From an uncultured Candidatus Saccharibacteria bacterium (GTDB lineage Bacteria > Patescibacteriota > Minisyncoccia > Phycocordibacterales > UBA918): a DNA stretch of 64,000 nucleotides. The stretch lies in assembly GCA_964350645.1 (NCBI GenBank), contig CAYGJY010000002.1, positions 97,538 through 161,537 on the forward strand, given 5' to 3'. Numbering within the stretch: position 1 is the stretch's first letter; every line of letters starts with the position of its first letter. The notes under the pieces are model-generated. The model made no database searches. It was not told the origin of the DNA and worked only from the letters and a program-made list of their open reading frames with translations. Made by a program: the position numbers and the translations under genes. Positions 1-9,323 of the stretch are shown here, piece by piece.

Positions 1-1
1 C

Positions 2-505
2 CTGATTGATCTTGGGGTTGACTCTCGGGTTATCGGCAGCACCTTTAACATTATTTTAGGGCAACGCTTAGTACGAAAACTCTGCCCAGACTGCAAAGTA
101 CCCCACACACCAACTCCGGCAGAAATAACCTTAATCAAAAATGTTTTAGCGGGCCATCCACACGCACCAACTTTTGCTGAGACTGATCAGATATATGAAC
201 CAGTTGGTTGTGAGGCATGCAACCACTCTGGGTATTCCGGTCGTCAAAGTATTGTTGAAGCAATCATGGTTGACGAAGCAGTTGAAGAAGCAGTGCTCCG
301 TGATCCGCGGGAGCATGTCATTATGGAAGCAGCCCGTCCCCAAGGTATTCCGACGATGGGTGAAGACGGCATCGACAAAGTACTCACTGGTATTACCTCA
401 CTTTCAGAACTACAACGCGTCGTCGACATTACTGACGTCCGCGGCGCTGCCCCAGCAAACGACGCCGGGTTAGCTGATACTGACTTCGCTGCACATATCG
501 TCTAA
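2..505 (+). CDS. GspE/PilB family type IV pilus/T2SS assembly ATPase, 3' part (5' end lies outside the window)
   Basis: Frame open from base 2: LIDLGV...LGQRLVRKLCPDCK...GCEACNHSGYSGR, the tetracysteine motif of PilB/GspE, ending GITSLSELQRV. Confidence 0.85.
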   Translation: MIDLGVDSRVIGSTFNIILGQRLVRKLCPDCKVPHTPTPAEITLIKNVLAGHPHAPTFAETDQIYEPVGCEACNHSGYSGRQSIVEAIMVDEAVEEAVLRDPREHVIMEAARPQGIPTMGEDGIDKVLTGITSLSELQRVVDITDVRGAAPANDAGLADTDFAAHIV

Positions 506-510
506 GCACC

Positions 511-548
511 AAAAAGCGCGGCCTGTCGATAGACAGGCCGCGCTTTTT
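511..548. terminator. Bidirectional intrinsic terminator
   Basis: AAAAAGCGCGGCCTGTC-GATA-GACAGGCCGCGCTTTTT perfect hairpin. Confidence 0.85.
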
Positions 549-595
549 CCCTTCGGTCAAGAGTGTAAAAAATATTCTTGTGCTACACTCCGAGT

Positions 596-795
596 ACGTT
601 GATCTTTGAGAGCTCCAGAGGATAATTCTCTAAGCAAGCTTTCCGCATAGAAAGTGAATGATACGCTAAGGAAATGCTACAGTGCTCTCACTCTAGGGTG
701 AGTACCACAACACCCTCGCAACATCACTCAGGTTGCTTAGAGAATTATCGTCTGGAGTGACACCAAAAAATTGGCACCGATACGGTGCTTTTTGG
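596..795 (+). ncRNA. Candidate structured ncRNA, unassigned
   Basis: Extended -10 TGCTACACT at 581-589; 25-nt inverted repeat 613-637/733-757 (24/25); terminator-like GCACCG-ATA-CGGTGC-TTTTT at 774-793; no credible ORF. Confidence 0.5.
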
Positions 796-1029
796 CTACC
801 CAAACTTTTATTTGATTGTAAGGAAGGTGCCAGTCAGTGACCGGCGGAACAAGTAATGACAAGATAGTAGCATAGATGAGATATTTGTCAAGTAAGTACC
901 TGCCTGCCACCCTATTATTATGAGCTTGTGCCAACATATGTCCTTGCCCTAAAGCATATCCTGGCCATCGCTACCACACTACTGAAGATTGACTGCCCCA
1001 CCCATTCGCAAAATTGCTATACTTAGATT

Positions 1030-2016
1030 ATGAGCGACACCTCTAAAAAAATCACCAAAGATCACGCTAGTAACCTTGACCAGACTCTCCGCCCCCAGAG
1101 CTGGGAGGAGTATGTCGGTCAGTCTAAGACTAAGGAAAACCTGCGGATTCTTTTAACTGCCGCGCGCGAGCGAGGGCACGCCGCTGAACACGTTCTTTTA
1201 TATGGGCCGCCTGGTTTAGGCAAAACCACACTGGCTCATTTGATCTCAAAAACCCTGGGGACCAACATGAAAACGACTTCCGGTCCGGCGATTGAACGCG
1301 TTGGCGACCTCGCTGCTATTCTCACCAACCTCTCTCCTGGGGATGTGCTGTTTATTGATGAGATTCATCGTCTCAGTAAAAGTATCGAAGAAGTCCTCTA
1401 TCCCGCCATGGAGTCGGGGGTGTTAGATATTATTATTGGTAAAGGCCCGTCAGCGCGCACCGTGCAACTTGAGTTGCCACCGTTTACCTTGGTAGCTGCT
1501 ACCACCCGGATTTCACTTTTATCTTCACCACTGCGTTCTCGTTTTTCCGGTGGAACCTTTCGCTTGGAGTTTTATTCGGAACCGGAAATCGCCCAAATCT
1601 TACAGCGCTCAGCCGGACTGCTCGACATGGCAATTGACGACTCAGTCTTGCATGACATTGCGTCGCGCTGCCGCGCGACGCCACGCACCGCCAACTACCT
1701 CCTCAAGCGCTGTCGTGATATGGCCCAACTCGAAAAAGATTCGCTTACCAAAGATGTCGTGCAACGCACCTTTGCTCTCTTAGAGATCGACACTCTTGGT
1801 CTGACTGCTCCCGACCGCGCCGTCCTTAAAGCTATTATTGGCAAGTTCAACGGCGGACCAGTTGGTTTAAATACTATCGCGGCCGCAACCGGCGAAGAGC
1901 AATCCACCATTGAAGACGTCATCGAGCCCTACCTCATCCGCCAAGGCCTCCTCGAACGCACCCCGCGGGGTCGGGTTGCTTCGGCTGACGCCTACTCACA
2001 TATTCAAAGTCTTTAA
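1030..2016 (+). CDS. ruvB: Holliday junction branch migration helicase RuvB
   Basis: [44 protein letters not shown]. Confidence 0.97.
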   Translation: MSDTSKKITKDHASNLDQTLRPQSWEEYVGQSKTKENLRILLTAARERGHAAEHVLLYGPPGLGKTTLAHLISKTLGTNMKTTSGPAIERVGDLAAILTNLSPGDVLFIDEIHRLSKSIEEVLYPAMESGVLDIIIGKGPSARTVQLELPPFTLVAATTRISLLSSPLRSRFSGGTFRLEFYSEPEIAQILQRSAGLLDMAIDDSVLHDIASRCRATPRTANYLLKRCRDMAQLEKDSLTKDVVQRTFALLEIDTLGLTAPDRAVLKAIIGKFNGGPVGLNTIAAATGEEQSTIEDVIEPYLIRQGLLERTPRGRVASADAYSHIQSL

Positions 2017-2741
2017 TCCTCAGTCTGCTCCCACACTAGTTCCAAGAGGGTTCTCATTCCCTGAGCTACTTTTTCACTTTCAATTGACAACGCCATAGTC
2101 TCATCAGTTAATGACGTTATCAATGTAGTGCTGCCGATCACCTCTACATTGATCGGTATTTTTACTCCAGACAAAACTTTGGTGTGACGTCTATCACCAG
2201 CGTCTTTCTCTAGCCATTTTTTATTTCCAGGAGAATCTGTTAAGAGCACCCGCGCTTGCAGACCTTTACGTTCTCGTTTTTTAATATAAGCAGTGAGCCA
2301 CTCATCACCAAGCTTATCTGCAGTAGCGAGATCTGCAGTCCCAAGCGTATCTTCTTCGGCTGTCTTCAGTGCCGCCTCATACAACGACTGAATAGCCGGT
2401 AATGAATCTGCATAGGCCACTAGTGGTTTACCCGGAGATTGGGATGCCAATTTTTGCAATTCGGGAAAGGAATGTTCCAAGGCTGCTTCGCGTTCATTTT
2501 CGATCACTTTCAATTGATTGGGGTGAGCAAACACAAATCGTCGTTTCTTTCCCTTCAACGTCTCCTTTACTAATCCAAACTCAGTAAGCTCATCGAGTAC
2601 AGTGTATACGGTTGTGCGTTTAATCTTAGTTTTAATCGCCAACGCCTGCACAGAAGCAGTACCAAACTCTAATCCAGCCAAATACAACTCAGCTGCTTTA
2701 TCTGAAAGACCCAATTTTATGAGCATTTTTTGTAACTCCAT
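2013..2741 (-). CDS. TrmB-family transcriptional regulator
   Basis: [15 protein letters not shown]...[19 protein letters not shown] winged HTH, with a PLD-like sensor C-terminus. Confidence 0.85.
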   Translation of the reverse strand: MELQKMLIKLGLSDKAAELYLAGLEFGTASVQALAIKTKIKRTTVYTVLDELTEFGLVKETLKGKKRRFVFAHPNQLKVIENEREAALEHSFPELQKLASQSPGKPLVAYADSLPAIQSLYEAALKTAEEDTLGTADLATADKLGDEWLTAYIKKRERKGLQARVLLTDSPGNKKWLEKDAGDRRHTKVLSGVKIPINVEVIGSTTLITSLTDETMALSIESEKVAQGMRTLLELVWEQTED

Positions 2742-2927
2742 TCCCAAACTATAGCAAAATGCTCTAAAATGTCGACACTTTTGACAAAATAATCTACACC
2801 ATACTATCCTTGTTTTTAAATATATTTTTTATATAAATTAAAAAATGGACGTATTTTTCGACAAAAATTTAAATGTCTTTACTATTAAGATCAGAGTTCT
2901 ATAACAACCTAGCTAATGGAGGCTGCG

Positions 2928-3362
2928 ATGACACGAATCGAAACCTGTGAAGAACGGAATGCGCGTGTAGGAAAAGAGGAGCAGCTGTCATGTCTGACAT
3001 TCGCTTTTACTTTTCTTGCGTCAGCATCATATGCCGTAGCAGTTTGGCAAGTCTATATACCGTACAACCAGGAGATCGCTTCAGCTCTTGATATTGATAG
3101 CGGGAATGAACTTTCTCTTGTCTCTTTAGTATTTGTGGGAATTATTGGGCTATATGGCATAGGCTTTTTTTCCGCTGCGTACGTTGGTGGCTGGTTTTAT
3201 ATAAACAAAATTTTGTTCCTGGCTATTGTGATTATTGCTGGTGCACTGGCTTTCCCTGCAGCAGCAATAACCGTAGCTGGGATTTTGGGTGCCCTGCTTG
3301 CAGCCCTGCTATTTGGCATTTTCCAGGCGGTATGTTGCATCAAAAACTGGTTCTGTGAGTAA
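2928..3362 (+). CDS. Hypothetical multi-TM membrane protein (accessory)
   Basis: About 4 hydrophobic segments; GGAGG at 2918-2922 before ATG 2928; terminator downstream. Confidence 0.7.
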   Translation: MTRIETCEERNARVGKEEQLSCLTFAFTFLASASYAVAVWQVYIPYNQEIASALDIDSGNELSLVSLVFVGIIGLYGIGFFSAAYVGGWFYINKILFLAIVIIAGALAFPAAAITVAGILGALLAALLFGIFQAVCCIKNWFCE

Positions 3363-3372
3363 CATCAGTGCT

Positions 3373-3407
3373 GGGGCAGCACCATGGTGCTGCCCTTTTC
3401 TTTTTTT
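3373..3407 (+). terminator. Intrinsic terminator
   Basis: GGGGCAGCACCATGGTGCTGCCCC followed by a T-tract. Confidence 0.8.
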
Positions 3408-3699
3408 ACATGAAGTGGCGATGCTCTATCAACTATGTCAGCACACAATAAGTGGGGCGAAGTTAAACACAAAAAACCCTCCTCCGACGCAATGCGCCGG
3501 GGAGAATTTTAGATACCGACTTGAATATGCAAAGTCTCTAATATTTAAAATAATTAAAGCCCGCGGGGAAGTTTGTGATCACGCTGGATCACTCTCCTTC
3601 TCCGCGGGGTCGCGTTGCCAGCGCCGACGCCTACTCACACATACAGAAACTATAAATAAATGATGCCCGGCGCGAACAGGTCGCGCCGGACAGGTCCGG

Positions 3700-3879
3700 T
3701 CAGAGACGGGACGAACGGATCTGGGGCACCGGCTCCCCGGTGACCAGATCGCGACCGGTGTTGATGGTGACGGTTCCGTCGTCGTTGAACTTCTTGATCG
3801 GCCCTTGCGCTGAAGCGTGATCTCCCGCCAGGGGTATCGTCGCATACTGCTGCTGGTCCGGTTTGATTGGCTCAGTCAT
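3700..3879 (-). CDS. Small GC-rich 59-aa protein, below the ORF-track cutoff: MTEPIKPDQQQYATIPLAGDHASAQGPIKKFNDDGTVTINTGRDLVTGEPVPQIRSSRL
   Basis: Hand-translated; SD GGGAG 6 nt upstream, strong G/C third-position bias, GC hairpin CCGGCGCGA..TCGCGCCGG at 3667-3689 just after the stop. Confidence 0.7.
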   Translation of the reverse strand: MTEPIKPDQQQYATIPLAGDHASAQGPIKKFNDDGTVTINTGRDLVTGEPVPQIRSSRL

Positions 3880-3951
3880 CTTCTTCTCCCTAGCTTGCCT
3901 CTATGGCACAATTAGTTAATACTATTCTGACTAATAAATCAATGGAAAACT

Positions 3952-4491
3952 ATGTCTGGACATAATAAATGGAGTAAAATTAAGCACAAAAAGGCGGCCA
4001 CTGACGCGCAGAAGAGTAAGATTTTCAGCAAGCACGCCTCACTGATCGCCATGGAATCCCGCAAGGCCAACGGGGATGTGAACTCTCCCGGGCTAGCGGC
4101 GGCGATTGATCGGGCGAAGAAAGACTCGATGCCAAAAGATAATATTGATCGGGCGGTGACGAAAGGGAGCGGCGCCTCCGGCGCCGCTCTCGAAGAAGTT
4201 ATGTACGAAGGCTATGGTCCTGGTGGCGTGGCGATGTTGATCGAAGCAGTGACCGATAACAACAACCGCACAGCTCCAGAAATCCGCCACATCTTTACTA
4301 AAGCCGGCCTGGAGCTGGGTACGCCCGGCTCTGCTGCGTGGGCCTTTTCTAAAACTGCCGATGGCTACGTCCCACAAAATCCAATGGAACTTGATGACGC
4401 CACGGGTGAGAAACTGGCTGACTTGATTGAAAAACTTGAAGAAAGTGAGGACGTGACCAACGTCTACACCGCCGCTGACACTCCTGAGTAA
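3952..4491 (+). CDS. yebC: YebC/PmpR family protein (short 179-aa form)
   Basis: MSGHNKWSKIKHKK, YEGYGPGGVA, TDNNNRT. Confidence 0.95.
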   Translation: MSGHNKWSKIKHKKAATDAQKSKIFSKHASLIAMESRKANGDVNSPGLAAAIDRAKKDSMPKDNIDRAVTKGSGASGAALEEVMYEGYGPGGVAMLIEAVTDNNNRTAPEIRHIFTKAGLELGTPGSAAWAFSKTADGYVPQNPMELDDATGEKLADLIEKLEESEDVTNVYTAADTPE

Positions 4492-4557
4492 TGTGGGACC
4501 ACATTACCACTAGACAGGCCGCTTCCGTGAAGCAGCCTTTCTTAGTACTATGTGGTT

Positions 4558-5028
4558 ATGCGTGTATTAGCAATTGACCCTGGATACGACCGACTCGGCG
4601 TGGCCGTCATGGAACATGACGGCCAGCGTGAAGTATTAGTGCATTCGGGTTGCATCGCTACTGACAAGACAGCCCCACTACCTGACCGACTATATGATCT
4701 GGGACAACAACTTGAGACCCTTTTTACTACGTACTCCCCCACCTGCGTTGCTGTTGAGACCCTCTTTTTTAATAAAAATGTGACCACTGCCCTTGGGGTA
4801 GCCCATGCACGGGGAATTATTATTTTTCTTGCCAAGCAAGCCAAGGCTGAGGTACGTGAATTTGGCCCCCAGGAAATAAAAGTAGCTGTAACGGGTTACG
4901 GGAAGAGTGACAAGGCAGCGGTAATCGATATGGTGAAGCGCTTAGTTCCAACTGCCCCCAACACCGCTCTTGATGACGAATACGACGCCATTGCTGTCGG
5001 CATCACGGCCCTTGCACATCATCGGTAA
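4558..5028 (+). CDS. ruvC: Holliday junction resolvase RuvC
   Basis: LAIDPG, VAVETLFF, ARG, KVAVTGYG, DDEYDAIA. Confidence 0.95.
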   Translation: MRVLAIDPGYDRLGVAVMEHDGQREVLVHSGCIATDKTAPLPDRLYDLGQQLETLFTTYSPTCVAVETLFFNKNVTTALGVAHARGIIIFLAKQAKAEVREFGPQEIKVAVTGYGKSDKAAVIDMVKRLVPTAPNTALDDEYDAIAVGITALAHHR

Positions 5029-5122
5029 GTAGCTATAATCTTGTCTCGTGCATAGCGCTAGTTGCTAATGTTTGCACTCTTTGATACAAAATTAGTACTA
5101 ACTTATTTAAATGTAAATCCGT

Positions 5123-5395
5123 ATGATCTTTTTTGCACACCTTCGGGACGATGACGAAGAACTTGAAGAAACTGAGGACACAGATGCCAGTCTTGATGAC
5201 GCTGTATTAGAGGAACTAGGTACTGATGACGATGAAGATGACACAACAGAAACAGAAGGCTTCGGACTAATTGATGAAACTGGTGAGGAAGAGGAAGAAG
5301 AAGAAAAAGATGACGAGGAAGATGAAGACGCTGCCCTTGAAGACGATGCTGAGGATGTCGACTACGATACCTTTGATGACATTGATGAAATGTAA
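5123..5395 (+). CDS. Very acidic (D/E-rich) small hypothetical protein
   Basis: 90-aa ORF with D/E runs, followed by a terminator. Confidence 0.65.
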   Translation: MIFFAHLRDDDEELEETEDTDASLDDAVLEELGTDDDEDDTTETEGFGLIDETGEEEEEEEKDDEEDEDAALEDDAEDVDYDTFDDIDEM

Positions 5396-5404
5396 GTTTG
5401 GAAA

Positions 5405-5451
5405 AACAAGAAAAGCAGCGGGGCCTTCGGCCCCGCTGCTTTTCTTGTTTT
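5405..5451. terminator. Bidirectional terminator
   Basis: AAACAAGAAAAGCAGCGGGGCC-TTC-GGCCCCGCTGCTTTTCTTGTTT. Confidence 0.85.
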
Positions 5452-5459
5452 ACGACCCC

Positions 5460-6704
5460 TTACGCCAGCACTAACACACAATACTGCTTCTTACCTCGAC
5501 GAAGTAAAGCGATACCAGCCTGCAAATTAACCTCACTAAACGTCATGTCAGTCTCAACTACCTTCTCTCCATTAAGGGATACTGCACCACTTTCAATAAA
5601 CGTTCGCGCTTCACGCTTACTCGAAGCCAAGCCACTTACAACCAGCACGTCCACTAACTGACCCCCTGCAGTAACCGGGCAGTGTGGTGCATTTTCAATC
5701 AAAATAGCTCGGGCTTCGTCTGAAATATCAACAATCGAAGAATCACCAAACAACACTTCGGTCACTGAAGTAACTAACTCAAGTTGCTCAGCCCCATGAA
5801 CAAAAGTAGTCACCTCATCAGCCAAACGCTTCTGTGCAACACGGGCACCCGGGTTAGCTGCAAAATCAGTTTCAATATGATCAATTTCTTCAAGTGATAC
5901 AAAAGTGAAACGTTTTAAAAAATCTATGACGTTTTCATCGGCCGTATTCAACCAAAATTGGTAAAACTGGTACGGACTCGTCTTGGTGGCATCGAGCCAA
6001 ACAGCGTTTCCTTCACTCTTGCCAAATTTCTTTCCAGTCGTTTTATCAATCACGAGCGCTTGCGTGAGGGCGTAGACTGTCTTTTGTTCAACACGCCGAA
6101 TAAGGTCAACTCCAGCAACAATATTTGCCCATTGATCTGAACCCCCTGTCTGAAGGTCACAGCCATACTGGCGGTGCAACATGAGGTAGTCATAGGCTTG
6201 CAATAATGGGTACGCAAACTCAGTGTATGAAATACCCACCTCCGATTCCATTCGGCGAGAAATGGCGTCTTTTTTAATAAGTTCGTTGATAGTGAAATGT
6301 TTTCCAATATCACGTAAGAAATCTATCAAGCCCACCTGTCCAAGCCAATCATTATTGTTTACAAACTCAATATCTGCTGAACCAAGTAGATGCTCCGCTT
6401 GGGCTTTTAGCTTCGTTACATTAACATCAATCACATCAGTCGCAGTTAGTGTACGCTCAGCATCGGGTTTTGGATCGCCAATCCGGCCAGTGCCACCACC
6501 AACCAAAAAAATTATTTTATGGCCGGCATTTGCGAGGTGTCGTAGTAAAATCCATTGTACGAAATTTCCCGCATGTGCTGAGTCTGCACTTGGATCTATC
6601 CCGTGATACACCACCCGTTTATCACCATCAATGATGGCCTCAATACTCTCTCCTGCAATCTGGTTAACGAAGCCTCGTGCTTGTAATTCTTCACTTAGTT
6701 TCAT
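5460..6704 (-). CDS. tyrS: Tyrosine--tRNA ligase
   Basis: GIDPSADSAHAGN (HIGH), YPLLQAYD, GGSDQWANI, KFGKS, C-terminal S4 domain. Confidence 0.97.
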   Translation of the reverse strand: MKLSEELQARGFVNQIAGESIEAIIDGDKRVVYHGIDPSADSAHAGNFVQWILLRHLANAGHKIIFLVGGGTGRIGDPKPDAERTLTATDVIDVNVTKLKAQAEHLLGSADIEFVNNNDWLGQVGLIDFLRDIGKHFTINELIKKDAISRRMESEVGISYTEFAYPLLQAYDYLMLHRQYGCDLQTGGSDQWANIVAGVDLIRRVEQKTVYALTQALVIDKTTGKKFGKSEGNAVWLDATKTSPYQFYQFWLNTADENVIDFLKRFTFVSLEEIDHIETDFAANPGARVAQKRLADEVTTFVHGAEQLELVTSVTEVLFGDSSIVDISDEARAILIENAPHCPVTAGGQLVDVLVVSGLASSKREARTFIESGAVSLNGEKVVETDMTFSEVNLQAGIALLRRGKKQYCVLVLA

Positions 6705-6779
6705 ATCGAAATAACTCTACCACACATGCGTAGAACCGAAATATAGACAAACAGTGGTAGAATTGCCATATATAGCTGC

Positions 6780-8990
6780 ATGAAACATAAAACCAAACTA
6801 AAAAAATGGCTCCGTCGCCACTATAAAGACATCTTAATTGACGGCTTTTTAGCTCTATTTGTGATTGGTTTGGTAGTTGCTAGTGGTTTATTTCTCTGGA
6901 TCTCATCTTTAGACATTCCTGATTTATCAGCTTTTGAAGAACGGCGAATTCTCCAATCAACCAAAATCTACGACCGCACGGGTGAGATTTTGCTCTATGA
7001 CCTCCATGAGGACGTCCGACGCACTATTATTCCTTATGAGGATATTAGTCGTAACATTAAAAATGCCACAGTAGCAATTGAGGATGATACTTTTTTTGAA
7101 CACATGGGTGTCCGACCGCTCGCAATTCTACGAGCAGCGTTAGCAAACCTACAAGGGGGTGATCTTCTTGGGGGCCAAGGTGGCTCTACCATCACTCAAC
7201 AAGTAGTTAAGAACTCAATCCTACAACGGGAAAAAACACTTACGCGAAAAGTAAAAGAAGCGATTTTATCAGTGCGTTTAGAGCAAGAACTCACTAAAGA
7301 AGAAATCTTGGGACACTACCTCAACGAATCCCCCTACGGCGGCACTATCTATGGGGTTGAAGAAGCAGCTCAAACTTTTTTTGGCAAATCAGCTACTGAT
7401 GTAACAATGGCTGAAGCCGCGTACCTGGCGGCTTTACCACAATCACCAACACGCTTTTCCCCCTATGGTAACAACGTAGACTTACTCAATGCTCGGCAAA
7501 AGCTCGTCCTTGAGCGGATGCTTGTGAATAATTTTATTAACCAGGAAGAGTATGAAGCTGCCCTTGCTGAAGAAGTAGTCTTTCAACCCCAGGCAGTTAG
7601 TGGTATCCGGGCTCCTCATTTTGTATTTTATGTCCGTGAACAACTTATTGAAAAATATGGCGAAGAAGCTATAGCCGAACGAGGTTTACGGGTTATTTCT
7701 ACCCTTGACTACGAACTCCAAGCTGAAGCAGAACGTATTGTGAAAGAACGAGCAACGTTTAATACTGAAACCTACAACGCTAGCAACGCTGGCTTAGTAG
7801 CTATTGACCCCCAAACCGGTGATGTTTTAGTGATGGTTGGTTCGCGTGATTATTTTGACGAAGAAATTGATGGTAATTTCAACATCACGCTTGCTTCCCG
7901 CCAACCAGGGTCTTCAATCAAACCGATGGTGTACGCTTCAGCTTTTACCAAGGGCTACACCCCAGAAACAATTGTTTATGACGTAAGAACACAGTTCAGC
8001 ACAGCATGTGAACCATGGGAACTTAGTTCTCAATCCCCTTGCTACTCACCAAACAACTACAATAATAAATTTAAAGGCCCCATTACACTCCGCAACGCCC
8101 TTGCACAATCACTTAATATTCCAGCCGTTAAGGTTTTGTACCTAACGAGTTTGCGTGATGCCATCAAACTAACGGGTGACCTTGGTATTACCACGTTAAA
8201 TGATCCAGATCGACTTGGTCTTACCTTAGTACTCGGGGGTGGTGAAGTGAAACTACTCGAACATACTGGTGCTTATGGTGTGTTTGCTAACGAAGGAGTC
8301 CGGGCTGAGCGACGAAGCATTCTTCGAATTGAAGACGCTAAAGGTAATATCCTCGAAGAACCTGAAGTAATTGAAAATCGTGTATTAGATCGTGATGTCG
8401 CCCTCATGATCACTGACATCCTGTCTGACAACGTCGCTCGTACTCCGTTATGGGGAGCTAATTCATTAGTTAATTTCCCTAACCGAGACGTAGCTGCTAA
8501 ATCTGGTAGTACTAATGACCTGCGCGACGCTTGGATTATGGGTTACGCGCCCAACCTAGCTGTCGGTGCCTGGGTAGGTAACAACGACAATAGCCGTATG
8601 GGTGGCGGGCTCTCTGGTTTAATCACAACCCCAATGTGGCGTGAATTTATGGACTTTGCATTAACTAAAATTGAAGTGGAAAATTTTGCTGAAGCACCGG
8701 CAATTGATCAATCAATCAAACCGATCCTACGAGGACAAGTATTTGACACTAGTCGGTTAGTCGAGGAGATGCTCTCTGGCAGCACCACAGCCGATCTAGC
8801 AGGATTAAAAGACAACGTGCATTCTATCCTCTACTACGTCAACAAAAGTACTCCTCGTGGTCCATATCCAAGCAACCCAGAGCAAGATGGGCAATATGAA
8901 AACTGGGAGTATGCTGTTTCAAAATGGAAAGATGAAGAATTTGGAACCCTTCTGCAAGGAATTAATATACCTGGTAGCACTACCCCATAA
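6780..8990 (+). CDS. Class A penicillin-binding protein (PBP1A family)
   Basis: TM anchor, AIEDDTF, GGSTITQQ, RKVKE; transpeptidase RQPGSSIK, SLN, KSGS. Confidence 0.95.
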   Translation: MKHKTKLKKWLRRHYKDILIDGFLALFVIGLVVASGLFLWISSLDIPDLSAFEERRILQSTKIYDRTGEILLYDLHEDVRRTIIPYEDISRNIKNATVAIEDDTFFEHMGVRPLAILRAALANLQGGDLLGGQGGSTITQQVVKNSILQREKTLTRKVKEAILSVRLEQELTKEEILGHYLNESPYGGTIYGVEEAAQTFFGKSATDVTMAEAAYLAALPQSPTRFSPYGNNVDLLNARQKLVLERMLVNNFINQEEYEAALAEEVVFQPQAVSGIRAPHFVFYVREQLIEKYGEEAIAERGLRVISTLDYELQAEAERIVKERATFNTETYNASNAGLVAIDPQTGDVLVMVGSRDYFDEEIDGNFNITLASRQPGSSIKPMVYASAFTKGYTPETIVYDVRTQFSTACEPWELSSQSPCYSPNNYNNKFKGPITLRNALAQSLNIPAVKVLYLTSLRDAIKLTGDLGITTLNDPDRLGLTLVLGGGEVKLLEHTGAYGVFANEGVRAERRSILRIEDAKGNILEEPEVIENRVLDRDVALMITDILSDNVARTPLWGANSLVNFPNRDVAAKSGSTNDLRDAWIMGYAPNLAVGAWVGNNDNSRMGGGLSGLITTPMWREFMDFALTKIEVENFAEAPAIDQSIKPILRGQVFDTSRLVEEMLSGSTTADLAGLKDNVHSILYYVNKSTPRGPYPSNPEQDGQYENWEYAVSKWKDEEFGTLLQGINIPGSTTP

Positions 8991-8991
8991 A

Positions 8992-9279
8992 CTACAGTAT
9001 CTCTTTAGGGGCACTCTGTTCACCTAAGCGACCTTTGAGGTGGGTAAGAATTTCTTCTTTATTAAGAGTTATTTCACTTTTTAACGGACCACCACCCTGA
9101 ACCACTAATGTACGCGAACTGGTTGAATAACGAATTGCCTCTTTTTTGATAGTAATACCTAAGACGTCATAGACAACCTCAATAAAAGCGGTAATAACAC
9201 TACCCTGAGGTGCTTTTAGAGTATGTTTATATTTATCAAATAATGAGTTGAGTTTTTTGATTCCTTCACCACGAGACAT
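8992..9279 (-). CDS. Hypothetical protein, possibly DciA/DUF721-like
   Basis: Downstream of dnaN; TLVVQ..PLKSEITLNKEEIL resembles DciA. Confidence 0.5.
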   Translation of the reverse strand: MSRGEGIKKLNSLFDKYKHTLKAPQGSVITAFIEVVYDVLGITIKKEAIRYSTSSRTLVVQGGGPLKSEITLNKEEILTHLKGRLGEQSAPKEIL

Positions 9280-9323
9280 ACGAGTAATTTATTTTAAATG
9301 AATAAATAATTACTTATGAGTGA

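Noticed and set aside
3579-3845. 88-aa minus-strand ORF in the track
   Set aside because: Arg/Pro-rich off-frame of the 59-aa ORF, which has the SD and the codon bias.
3952-4491. Short YebC as a pseudogene
   Set aside because: Both termini and key motifs are intact; an internal domain deletion fits genome streamlining.
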